A DNA stretch of 64,000 nt from an uncultured Collinsella sp. (lineage in GTDB: Bacteria; Actinomycetota; Coriobacteriia; Coriobacteriales; Coriobacteriaceae). The stretch lies in the NCBI GenBank assembly GCA_928722055.1, contig CAKMWN010000002.1, positions 545,437-609,436 of the forward strand, given 5' to 3'. Positions 51,994 to 60,652 of this stretch are shown piece by piece; position 1 is the first letter of the stretch; the number at the start of each line of letters is the position of its first letter. A program made the translations under genes and the position numbers. The notes under the pieces are model-generated. The model was not told where the DNA came from and made no database searches. It worked only from the letters and a program-made list of their open reading frames with translations.

Positions 51994-54009
51994 ATGGTAA
52001 AGATTCGAGAGAAGCAAACCGAGCAGCTCGAGAAGGCTGCCTCCAAGGGGCTCAAGCTCGGTGGCTGGAAGAAGATGACGCTGTCTTCTAAGATTGCCGC
52101 CGTCGTGCTGGTGCTGGTCGCCCTGACTGCGATTCTGGCGCCCCTTCTTGCCCCCTATAGCCCGGTCGAGATCTTTACGGCTCGCCAGGCTCCCGGCAAC
52201 GGATTTATCTTCGGTACCGACGATAAGGGTCGCGACATTCTGTCGCGTATGCTCTACGGTGGTCGTTACTCGCTGATTATCGGCTTTGGCGCCACTGCCA
52301 TGGCTCTGGTCTGCGGCTCGGTCGTGGGCGCCCTTGCAGCGGTTTCGCGCAAGGCCGTCTCCGAGACGATCATGCGTATCTTGGACATCATCATGTCCAT
52401 CCCGGGCATCGCCCTCGCGGCCGTCTTCGTCTCCATCCTGGGCAACTCCGTGCCGTCGATCATCTTCGCCATCGGCTTTATGTACACTCCGCAGATTGCC
52501 CGTATCGTGCGCGCCAATATCGTGTCCGAGTACGGCGAGGACTATGTCCGCGCGGTCATCGTTTCCGGCGCCAAGGCTCCGTGGATTTTGATCAAGCATG
52601 TTCTGCGTAACTGCATCGCTCCGATCATGGTCTTCACCGTTACCCTGGTCGCCGACGCCATCATCTTCGAGGCCTCGCTGACCTTCATCGGCGCTGGTAT
52701 CCAGGAGCCCACCGCTACCTGGGGCAACATCCTCGCCGACGCCCGCGGCGGCGTGCTCGCCGGTCGTTGGTGGCAGGCGCTGTTCCCGGGCCTGGCCATC
52801 ATGATCACCTGCCTGGCGCTCAACATCCTCTCCGAGGGCATTACCGACGCCATGGCCGCTGCTCCCTCCGCCGCCCTGGATCCTACCGATTCCTCCAAGC
52901 GTCGCGAGGCCGATCTGCTGGTCTCCGACCCCGTTCGCGCCTACAAGGAGCAGGCCCAGTCCCTCTCCGCTCGCCTTGGCGCCCTGCGCGATGTCGAGCT
53001 CAAGCGTGACGATCGCCACGTGCCCGACGAGTCCGTTGAGCCGATTCTCTCGGTCCGTGACTTCTGCATTCAGTTTGAGCATCACGGTGATATCAACGTT
53101 GTCGACCATGTCAACTTTGACGTCCGTCCTGGTCAGACCATGGGCCTGGTGGGCGAGTCCGGTTGCGGTAAGTCCATCACCACGCTGGCCATCATGGGCC
53201 TGACCGATGAGGACGAGCACCTTTCCGGCGAGGTCCTCTGGGAGGGCCGTGACCTGCTCAAGATGAGCAAGAAGGAGTGGTTCGGCCTGCGTGGTACCGA
53301 TATCGCTATGGTCTATCAGGATGCCCTGTCCTCGCTCAACCCCTCCATGCTCATCTCTGCCCAGATGAAGCAGCTCACCAAGCGCGGCGGAACCCGCAGC
53401 GCCGAGGAGCTCCTGGAGCTCGTCGGCCTCGATCCCAAGCGCACGCTCGAGAGCTATCCACACGAGCTTTCCGGCGGCCAGCGTCAGCGTGTCCTGATCG
53501 CTATGGCCCTTACCCGCGACCCCAAGCTGGTCATCTGCGACGAGCCCACGACCGCTCTGGACGTTACCGTCCAGAAGCAGGTCATCAAGCTGCTCAACGA
53601 TCTTCAGGCCAAGCTCGGCTTTGCCATGATCTTCGTTTCGCATGACCTGGCTCTGGTCGCCGAGGTCGCCCATAACATCACGGTTATGTACGCTGGCCAG
53701 GTTATCGAGCAGGCGCCCACCAAGGAGCTGCTCACTAACCCGATCCACGAGTACACCCGCGGTCTTCTGGGTTCCGTTCTGTCCATCGAGAGCGGTTCGG
53801 GCCGCCTGCACCAGGTGCCCGGCGCCGTTCCGAGCCCGCGCGATTTCCCCAAGGGCGATCGCTTCGCGCCCCGCTCGAGCCACCCGCGTATTGGCCTGGA
53901 CACCCGTCCGGTCTTCAAGCGCGTGCCCGGCACCGAGCACTTCTATTCCGAGCTCCCCGACGAGGTGCTCAAGGCAAATGGTTTGACCCCTCACGCGGAG
54001 GTGATGTAG
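51994..54009 (+). CDS. Fused ABC permease (DppC type) and ATP-binding protein (DppD type)
   Basis: 671 aa. The first ~300 aa are a polytopic permease. A ~70-aa linker follows, then Walker A GESGCGKS, LSGGQRQRV and ICDEPTTALD. Confidence 0.85.
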   Translation: MVKIREKQTEQLEKAASKGLKLGGWKKMTLSSKIAAVVLVLVALTAILAPLLAPYSPVEIFTARQAPGNGFIFGTDDKGRDILSRMLYGGRYSLIIGFGATAMALVCGSVVGALAAVSRKAVSETIMRILDIIMSIPGIALAAVFVSILGNSVPSIIFAIGFMYTPQIARIVRANIVSEYGEDYVRAVIVSGAKAPWILIKHVLRNCIAPIMVFTVTLVADAIIFEASLTFIGAGIQEPTATWGNILADARGGVLAGRWWQALFPGLAIMITCLALNILSEGITDAMAAAPSAALDPTDSSKRREADLLVSDPVRAYKEQAQSLSARLGALRDVELKRDDRHVPDESVEPILSVRDFCIQFEHHGDINVVDHVNFDVRPGQTMGLVGESGCGKSITTLAIMGLTDEDEHLSGEVLWEGRDLLKMSKKEWFGLRGTDIAMVYQDALSSLNPSMLISAQMKQLTKRGGTRSAEELLELVGLDPKRTLESYPHELSGGQRQRVLIAMALTRDPKLVICDEPTTALDVTVQKQVIKLLNDLQAKLGFAMIFVSHDLALVAEVAHNITVMYAGQVIEQAPTKELLTNPIHEYTRGLLGSVLSIESGSGRLHQVPGAVPSPRDFPKGDRFAPRSSHPRIGLDTRPVFKRVPGTEHFYSELPDEVLKANGLTPHAEVM

Positions 54010-54837
54010 ATGAGCGAGACCGCAGTAAACGGCGTCGAGCCGATCATCTTCCTTGATGACGTCCACGTCACCTTTAGGACCCGTACCGGCTCGATTCTGC
54101 ACCCCAACCTGGTTCACGCCGTCCAGGGTGTAACGATTAAGCTCATGCCCGGTCAGACGATTGGCATCGTCGGCGAGTCCGGTTGCGGTAAGTCCACCAC
54201 CGCTAACGTCATGTGCGGCCTGCAGGCCCCCACGAGCGGCAAGGTCTACTTTAAGGGCAAGGACGTTACCAAACGTACCGCCGAGGACCGTCGCCACATG
54301 GGTCGCGTCATCTCGGTCGTGTTCCAGAACCCGGCCACGGCGCTCAACCCCCGCATGGTCGTTCGCGAGCAGCTGCTCGACCCCATGCGCGTCCACAACC
54401 TGGGTACCGAGGCCGAGCAGGAGAAGCGCGTCAAGGAACTCTTGGAGCTCACCGGTCTGCCCAGCTCCGCTGCCGAGGTTCTTCCCGGCCAGCTTTCGGG
54501 CGGCCAGCGTCAGCGCGTCGCAATTGCCCGTGCTCTGTCGCTGAACCCCGATGCCATCATCGCCGACGAGCCCACCTCGGCTCTGGACGTTTCGGTCCGC
54601 GCGCAGATTCTGAACCTGCTGACCGACCTTAAGAAGGAGCTCGGCCTGGCCATGGTGTTCATCAGCCATGACATCCAGACGGTCCGCTATATCTCTGACG
54701 ACATCATCGTTATGAATGGCGGCAAGATCGTCGAGCAGGGCGAGGCCAAGCAGGTCTTCCAGCACCCCCAGGACCCCTACACCAAGATGCTGCTCGGCGC
54801 TGCGCCGTCGCTGCTGCATCCCAAGCTCGGCGAGTAG
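54010..54837 (+). CDS. ABC transporter ATP-binding protein (DppF/OppF type)
   Basis: Walker A GESGCGKST, LSGGQRQRV, IIADEPTSALD. Confidence 0.9.
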   Translation: MSETAVNGVEPIIFLDDVHVTFRTRTGSILHPNLVHAVQGVTIKLMPGQTIGIVGESGCGKSTTANVMCGLQAPTSGKVYFKGKDVTKRTAEDRRHMGRVISVVFQNPATALNPRMVVREQLLDPMRVHNLGTEAEQEKRVKELLELTGLPSSAAEVLPGQLSGGQRQRVAIARALSLNPDAIIADEPTSALDVSVRAQILNLLTDLKKELGLAMVFISHDIQTVRYISDDIIVMNGGKIVEQGEAKQVFQHPQDPYTKMLLGAAPSLLHPKLGE

Positions 54838-54917
54838 CCTCGCTTTCCCTCCCGTGCGCCCGGCCCCCTTGCCGGGCGCACCTCCGTTGCGATTTCGAAA
54901 GGTTGGGTTCACGAGCC

Positions 54918-55895
54918 ATGCCAAGTGCTCAGGAGCTACAACATCAATTTGGTGAATATCGAGGCGCCATGCCCCGTCCATCAGATTTCGATCTCTTTTG
55001 GAAGGATCGCATGGCCGAGGCCGACGCTGTCGGGCTTGACTACGCGATCGAGACGGCATCGGTCACCGATGCCGCGACCTGCCAGCTTTTCGACCTCTGG
55101 TATACCGGTATGTGTGGCGCTCGCCTGCATGCCAAGTACCTTAAACCCGTCTCGGACGAGCCCGTGCCATTGGTACTTCAGTTCCATGGGTATCCGGGTG
55201 CAAGCCGCAGCTGGTTTGAGCAGGCGTCGTTTGCGGGCATGGGCATGGCACTCATCGCCCTCGACTGCCCCGGCCAAGGAGGTCCCTCCGAGGACATTGG
55301 TGGATTTGAGGGCACAACGGTTGCCGGGCATATCGTCGCCGGTATCGACGGCGACCCGGCCAACCTCTACTATGTCCGCTTGCACCAAGATATTCGCATC
55401 CTGTGCCGTATCGTTCGCGAGCTCGAGGGCATCGATCTTGCCCGTGTGTTTGTGAACGGCGCGTCGCAGGGCGGCGGTTTGGGCATTGCGACCTGTGCAC
55501 TTAACAGCGAGCTTATCAATCGCGCCGCCATCCTCTATCCCTTCCTGTCAGATTTCCGCCTGGTCTGGGATTTGGATGCCGACGACATTGCCTACGAGGG
55601 CCTGCGCTATTGGTCTCGCTGGTTTGACGAGGACTCGACTCGTATTGACGAAGCCTATGCCAAGCTGGCGTACTTCGATTCCAAGAACTTTGCCCCTATG
55701 GTCAAATGCCCCGTGCTGTTTGGCACCGGCACAGCCGATATCGTCTGTCCGCCAGCGACGCAGTTTGCGGTCTATAACAATCTGACCTGCGAAAAGCGTC
55801 ATGAGTTCTTTGAAGGCTTTGGCCACGAGGAGATTCAGGATTTTGACGATCTGATCATTCCGTTTTTCTGCAAGGGAGGGGAGACTCATGTCTAA
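54918..55895 (+). CDS. CE7-family acetyl esterase (acetylxylan esterase / cephalosporin-C deacetylase type)
   Basis: AXE1-like N-terminus (DFDLFWKDRM). Nucleophile motif GASQGGG, TADIVCPP Asp region and GFGHEE His region are all present. Confidence 0.8.
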   Translation: MPSAQELQHQFGEYRGAMPRPSDFDLFWKDRMAEADAVGLDYAIETASVTDAATCQLFDLWYTGMCGARLHAKYLKPVSDEPVPLVLQFHGYPGASRSWFEQASFAGMGMALIALDCPGQGGPSEDIGGFEGTTVAGHIVAGIDGDPANLYYVRLHQDIRILCRIVRELEGIDLARVFVNGASQGGGLGIATCALNSELINRAAILYPFLSDFRLVWDLDADDIAYEGLRYWSRWFDEDSTRIDEAYAKLAYFDSKNFAPMVKCPVLFGTGTADIVCPPATQFAVYNNLTCEKRHEFFEGFGHEEIQDFDDLIIPFFCKGGETHV

Positions 55896-56739
55896 GTGCG
55901 AGAGCAATGTTGACGAGCTGATTGTCCCCGGACTCGTGGGAATTCCTGGAACGGTTTCGTCAAGGCTCGCAGAATATCGGGACTGGCGCGGTGATGTCCA
56001 AGCAGATGTTTCTGATTTAGAGACATGCGCTTCGAATCTTAAGATTCAAGGCCTGGCCATTACGGCGATTGACTTTGTTAACCCCTGCGCCCGTTACTCG
56101 GAGGTGTCCTTTGAGCGCGGTGACGATGCGATTCACGCTCGTTTGATCGAGCCTGTCGGTCGTGCCCGAGTATCTGAGCGCGTGCCGTTGTGCCTGATGT
56201 TCCACGACATCGATCGGCCTGTGCGCGGCTGGCATCACATGACGAGATTTGCCGCCATGGGGTATGCCGTCCTCGCGCTGGATGACGATGTTGCTGGTGC
56301 GGACGACCTGCAGCGGGAGATTTCTTCGCCCGCTTTTGTCGAGCGCGTCCGTTGGGGTTGCGCGCTGGCGAAGGTGGCGCGCAATCTTGATGGCATGGAC
56401 CCCGACCGCATCTTTGCATGGGGCGAGGGTCTTGGCGGCGGAGTCGCGCTGGCGGTTTCTGCTCTGGACGAGCGGGGCCTCGCCTGCACGGCGGTTGCCA
56501 ATCCGCTTCCTGGCGGCCTCGAGGCGCTGTCGTCTCGGGTGCGCGGATCGGTGCTCATGGGCACATCGCTTATGGATACCGTGAGCGATCCCAAGGATCA
56601 GTTTGCCGTATTCAACGGTCTTGAGTGTGACCGGAGGCATATCATCTATGCAAAATACGCTCACGAGCGCATTAATGCGTTCGAAAACGAAGTCGTCGAC
56701 TTTTTTAACCAAACGTTCTACTCGTGTTCTTTGGCCTAG
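55888..56739 (+). CDS. CE7-like alpha/beta-hydrolase paralogue lacking the nucleophile serine
   Basis: 283 aa, overlapping the previous gene by 8 nt, after an AAGGGAGGGGAG SD. Reads GEGLGGG where the GxSxG motif should be. The Asp (LMDTVSDP) and His (YAHE) regions are retained. Confidence 0.65.
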   Translation: MSKCESNVDELIVPGLVGIPGTVSSRLAEYRDWRGDVQADVSDLETCASNLKIQGLAITAIDFVNPCARYSEVSFERGDDAIHARLIEPVGRARVSERVPLCLMFHDIDRPVRGWHHMTRFAAMGYAVLALDDDVAGADDLQREISSPAFVERVRWGCALAKVARNLDGMDPDRIFAWGEGLGGGVALAVSALDERGLACTAVANPLPGGLEALSSRVRGSVLMGTSLMDTVSDPKDQFAVFNGLECDRRHIIYAKYAHERINAFENEVVDFFNQTFYSCSLA

Positions 56740-56807
56740 ACGGCCTGGACACTGCCAACAAGAGTGGGTGGCATAGGGTCGCCCGCCAGACAGCTAAGGA
56801 GATTCTT

Positions 56808-57728
56808 GTGGCAACTCAGAAATTCACCGGCGTTATCCCTCCCGTCGTTGTTCCCGATACCGAAGATCACCAGCTCGACGTTGCCTCCTTTGAGCGCAGC
56901 ATCAACCGCATGATCGACGCCGGCGTCGATGGCCTGTTCTTCTTGGGATCCTCGGGCGAGGTCGTCTTCTCCACCGACGAGCGCCGTCGCCAGATTATCG
57001 CCGAGGCCGTTCGTATCGTCGACCACCGTGTGCCTGTTCTGGTCGGCATCATCGATACCGAGACCGAGCGCATGATCGAGCACGGCAAGGTCGCCCAGGA
57101 GCTGGGCGCCGATGCTCTCGTCGCCACCTGCCCGTTCTATGCCCTGCAGGGCATGACCGAGGTCGAGGAGCACTTCCGCATCCTGCACGAGGAGCTCGAC
57201 CTGCCCATCTTTGCCTATGACATTCCCGTCTGCGTTCACACCAAGCTCCCCTGGAAGCTCCTTGCCAAGCTCGGCGCCGAGGGCGTTCTGGCCGGCGTCA
57301 AGGATTCCTCGGGTGATGACATCTCGTTCCGCTACCTCGTTCAGGAGAACGAAAAGAACGGCCATCCGATGAGCATTCTCACCGGCCACGAGGTTGTTGT
57401 CGACGGCGCCTACCTCGGTGGCGCCGACGGTTCCGTCCCGGGTCTCGCCAACGTTGAGCCCGAGGGCTACGTGCGTCAGTGGAAGGCCGCTCAGGCTGGT
57501 GACTGGGCTACCGTCAAGGCCGAGCAGGATCGCCTCAATGAGATTTCGCACATCTGGGATGTCACCTCGGGCGTCCAGGGCTATGCCGGTGGCGTCGGCG
57601 CCTTCAAGACCGCTATGAACCTCATGGGCATCTTCGACAGCCCGACCATGCCGCGCCCGGTGAAGGCCATGACCGGCGAGAACGTCGAGGCGATTAAGAA
57701 GGTCCTCCAGGACAACGGTCTCCTGTAA
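56808..57728 (+). CDS. nanA: N-acetylneuraminate lyase (DapA/NAL family)
   Basis: GTG start 6 nt after AAGGAG. GSSGE and GVKDSSGD (Schiff-base Lys) motifs. Assignment as the sialate lyase rests on the nanK/nanE neighbours. Confidence 0.75.
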   Translation: MATQKFTGVIPPVVVPDTEDHQLDVASFERSINRMIDAGVDGLFFLGSSGEVVFSTDERRRQIIAEAVRIVDHRVPVLVGIIDTETERMIEHGKVAQELGADALVATCPFYALQGMTEVEEHFRILHEELDLPIFAYDIPVCVHTKLPWKLLAKLGAEGVLAGVKDSSGDDISFRYLVQENEKNGHPMSILTGHEVVVDGAYLGGADGSVPGLANVEPEGYVRQWKAAQAGDWATVKAEQDRLNEISHIWDVTSGVQGYAGGVGAFKTAMNLMGIFDSPTMPRPVKAMTGENVEAIKKVLQDNGLL

Positions 57729-57901
57729 AGCTTCCCCGGGCACCCGACCTCGCCGTTCAACCGTGCGGCCATGACCCATTAGATCAATGGTCACACGGTT
57801 TCTTGGCGATCTCGGGCACCTGGAAAACCTTTTCCGCGCTGTGACGGCTAGCCTGACGGCGCATTTCCTGTAGTTGTTTTTTATCTCCTAAGGAGAGCGA
57901 C

Positions 57902-58867
57902 ATGGAGAACAAGTACGTCTGCTCTGTCGATATCGGCGGAACTAAGATCGCGACTGCCATCATGGAGTACCCGGCTGACGGTAGTGTGCCCCATCCTGTT
58001 TTTGAGGCCGAGGTTCCCACCGAGGCCCAAGAGGGCGGCGAGGCCGTCTTCCAACGTATCGAGGCGTCCATCAAGGCTGCTCTCGAGGCGAATCCCGATG
58101 TCGAGGTCCTTGGCGTCGGTATCGGTGCCGCCGGCGTCGTCGATCCCAAGACGGGCGCCATCGCGTATGCCAACGAGATCATGCCCGGCTGGTCCGGTGT
58201 TCAGTTGGGGCCGCGCCTGCGCGAGGACCTCGGTCTTCCCGTTGCCGTTGTAGGCGACGTGCAGGCTCATGCTCTGGGCGAGGCCCACTGGGGCGTCGGC
58301 AAGGGCAAGTTCTCCGTCTTGTGTCTTGGCATCGGTACGGGCATCGGTGGCGCATATGTCGAGAACGGCCGCGTGATGCAGGGTTTCCATGGTGCTGCCG
58401 GCCATATGGGCCACATCGAGTGCTCGGCTGCCGCCGGTATTCCCTGCGCCTGCGGGCGTTCCGGCCATCTGGAGTCGGTTGCTTCGGGCACTTCCATTGG
58501 TCGTATGTACGATGAGCGCTTTGGTCGCGTCGACCCCAGCCGTCCTTCGGTCGGTCGCGATGTGAACGACCTGTGCCGTGCGGGCGACGCAAAGGCGACC
58601 GAGGTCATCCATGACGCCGGCTTTGCGCTGGGCGCCAGCTTGGGCTCGCTCGCTAACATCCTGGACCCTGAGGTCATCGTGCTTTCGGGCGGCGTGATTC
58701 ACCAAGGTCCCGATTGGCGTTCACAGACGTGGAAGGATTCGGTGCACGAGGGCTATGCCAGCCAGGCGCTCGATCCGCTTCAGGACACGCCGATCCTCAT
58801 CGGTTCTCTGGAGGGCGATGCTCCGCTCATCGGTGCCGCCGAGCATCTTCTTGCCTCGTTGAAGTAA
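57902..58867 (+). CDS. nanK: ROK-family sugar kinase (probable N-acetylmannosamine kinase)
   Basis: DIGGTKIA N-terminus and the ROK Zn motif GHMGHIE...CACGRSGHLE. Confidence 0.75.
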   Translation: MENKYVCSVDIGGTKIATAIMEYPADGSVPHPVFEAEVPTEAQEGGEAVFQRIEASIKAALEANPDVEVLGVGIGAAGVVDPKTGAIAYANEIMPGWSGVQLGPRLREDLGLPVAVVGDVQAHALGEAHWGVGKGKFSVLCLGIGTGIGGAYVENGRVMQGFHGAAGHMGHIECSAAAGIPCACGRSGHLESVASGTSIGRMYDERFGRVDPSRPSVGRDVNDLCRAGDAKATEVIHDAGFALGASLGSLANILDPEVIVLSGGVIHQGPDWRSQTWKDSVHEGYASQALDPLQDTPILIGSLEGDAPLIGAAEHLLASLK

Positions 58868-58937
58868 ACGTATCTTCTGTAGGAGCCTCCCGAGACAACA
58901 CGCCTCGGGAGGCTGTTCTGAGAAAGGTTGCAGCCTT

Positions 58938-59624
58938 ATGACCGTCGATCCTTTGATTCAATCCCTGAAGGGCAAGCTCGTCGTGAGCGTTCAGGCGTAT
59001 ATGGGCGAGCCGCTTCGTACGCCCGAGACCATGGCTCAAATGTCTCGCGCTTGCGAGCTCGGCGGCGCCGCCGCCATTCGCTGCCAGGGCCTTGCCGACA
59101 TTGCCGCCATTAAGGGTCGCTGTGAGGTTCCTGTTATCGGCCTGTGGAAGGATGGGCACGAGGGCGTTTACATCACGCCGACGCTGCGCCACGCTCGCGC
59201 CTGCGTTGCTGCGGGTGCCGATATCGTGGCGATCGACGCCACCGATCGTCCGCGCCCCGATGGCAAGACCGTCGAGGATACCTTCCGTCCGCTGCACGAG
59301 GAGGGCGTGCTCCTGATGGCCGACTGTGCCACCATCGAGGACATTCGCCGTGCTGTCGACATGGGCTTCGACCTGGTGTCCACCACGCTGTCTCACGGTG
59401 TCGCCGCCATCGACTGCACCATGGCCGATGGCCCCGATCTACCGCTCCTGCGTCAGGCGACCGAGGAATTCCCCGGCCTTCCCATCATTTGCGAGGGTCG
59501 CGTGCATACGCCCGAGGAGGCTCGCGCCGCGATCGATGCTGGCGCCTGGGCCGTTGTCGTCGGCACCGCCATCACGCACCCCACGAGTATTACGAGTTGG
59601 TTCAAGGCTGCGCTTGAGGCGTAA
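58938..59624 (+). CDS. nanE: N-acetylmannosamine-6-phosphate 2-epimerase
   Basis: LKGKLVVSVQA...PVIGLWK...DATDRPRPDG...CEGR, the characteristic NanE pattern. Confidence 0.85.
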   Translation: MTVDPLIQSLKGKLVVSVQAYMGEPLRTPETMAQMSRACELGGAAAIRCQGLADIAAIKGRCEVPVIGLWKDGHEGVYITPTLRHARACVAAGADIVAIDATDRPRPDGKTVEDTFRPLHEEGVLLMADCATIEDIRRAVDMGFDLVSTTLSHGVAAIDCTMADGPDLPLLRQATEEFPGLPIICEGRVHTPEEARAAIDAGAWAVVVGTAITHPTSITSWFKAALEA

Positions 59625-59675
59625 GACAGGCCTCGTATCCGCTCGGGGCGGTATACTCAATATAGGCAATTGACC

Positions 59676-59712
59676 GCGCGGGATCCGGGTTGCTGGGTCC
59701 CGCGCTTGTTTT
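59676..59712 (+). terminator. Terminator of the nan locus
   Basis: gcgcgggatcc...ggtcccgcgc hairpin followed by TTGTTTT. Confidence 0.65.
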
Positions 59713-59725
59713 CGGGAGGCAACAC

Positions 59726-60646
59726 ATGCAAAAGGGAGATGCCATGGATGCGGCGGAGCGCTCGGAGCGCATCCCCGATATCGTCATCATCACCGGAATG
59801 TCCGGATCAGGCCGCACACAGGCCATGCACGTGTTCGAGGACATGGGCTATTTTTACATCGATAACCTGCCTCCGCGTCTCATCGCCCAGCTTGCCGAGC
59901 TCGTCGGCATCAATACGGGCGTGGGCAGGCATCTCGCCGTCACCTGCGATTTGCGTAGCCAGGGACTGTTTGACGAGTTGCTCGATGCGGTCGCCGCTCT
60001 CGAAGAGCGCGAGATGAGCTGCGACATCGTGTTCCTGGAGGCTTCTGACGAGGTGCTGATTCGTCGCTACAGCGAAAATCGCCGCCGTCATCCCATTGCC
60101 AAGCCGGGGGAGACTACGGCCGATGCCATTCAGCGCGAGCGCCTTCAGCTGCAGGGCGTGCGCGACCGAGCCGATATGATTATCGACACGAGCCGTCTGC
60201 GCACCTCTGCGCTGCGCAACAAGCTGCGTATGGCATTTTCCGAGCTGTCCGACCAGCAGCTTATGGATGTCCACGTGTTCTCGTTTGGCTTTAAGTACGG
60301 CATGCCCGTCGAAGCGGATATTATGATCGACGTCCGCTTCCTGCCCAATCCGTTCTACGATCCCGAGATGCGCACGATGACCGGTCTCGATAAAAAGGTC
60401 TCCGATTTTGTTCTGGACCATCCCAAGACGCAGGAGTTTTGGAAGGCTTGGACACAGCTGCTCGATACGGTCATGCCCGGTTATATCGCGGAGGGTAAGC
60501 CGCAGCTTTCTATCGCCATCGGCTGCACGGGCGGCCAGCACCGCAGCGTTGCCATTGCCGAGGCCACGGCCCGTTACCTGGAAGGCGCTCAGTATCATGT
60601 GAGCATCTCCCACCGCGACCTGTCGCGCGCCAACACGAAGGCATAG
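59726..60646 (+). CDS. rapZ: RNase adapter protein RapZ (YvcJ family P-loop NTPase)
   Basis: IVIITGMSGSGRTQAMHVFEDMGYFYIDNLPP...GCTGGQHRSV. Start is ATG 59726 or 59744. Confidence 0.88.
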   Translation: MQKGDAMDAAERSERIPDIVIITGMSGSGRTQAMHVFEDMGYFYIDNLPPRLIAQLAELVGINTGVGRHLAVTCDLRSQGLFDELLDAVAALEEREMSCDIVFLEASDEVLIRRYSENRRRHPIAKPGETTADAIQRERLQLQGVRDRADMIIDTSRLRTSALRNKLRMAFSELSDQQLMDVHVFSFGFKYGMPVEADIMIDVRFLPNPFYDPEMRTMTGLDKKVSDFVLDHPKTQEFWKAWTQLLDTVMPGYIAEGKPQLSIAIGCTGGQHRSVAIAEATARYLEGAQYHVSISHRDLSRANTKA

Positions 60647-60652
60647 GCCTGC

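Noticed and set aside
51046-55059. 1,337-aa ORF on the minus strand spanning the nan ABC transporter genes
   Set aside because: It is antisense to four well-supported plus-strand CDSs with clear ABC motifs. Its composition (very rich in G, D, R, A, H, Q runs) is typical of stop-free antisense frames in high-GC DNA. It has no SD and no recognisable domains.
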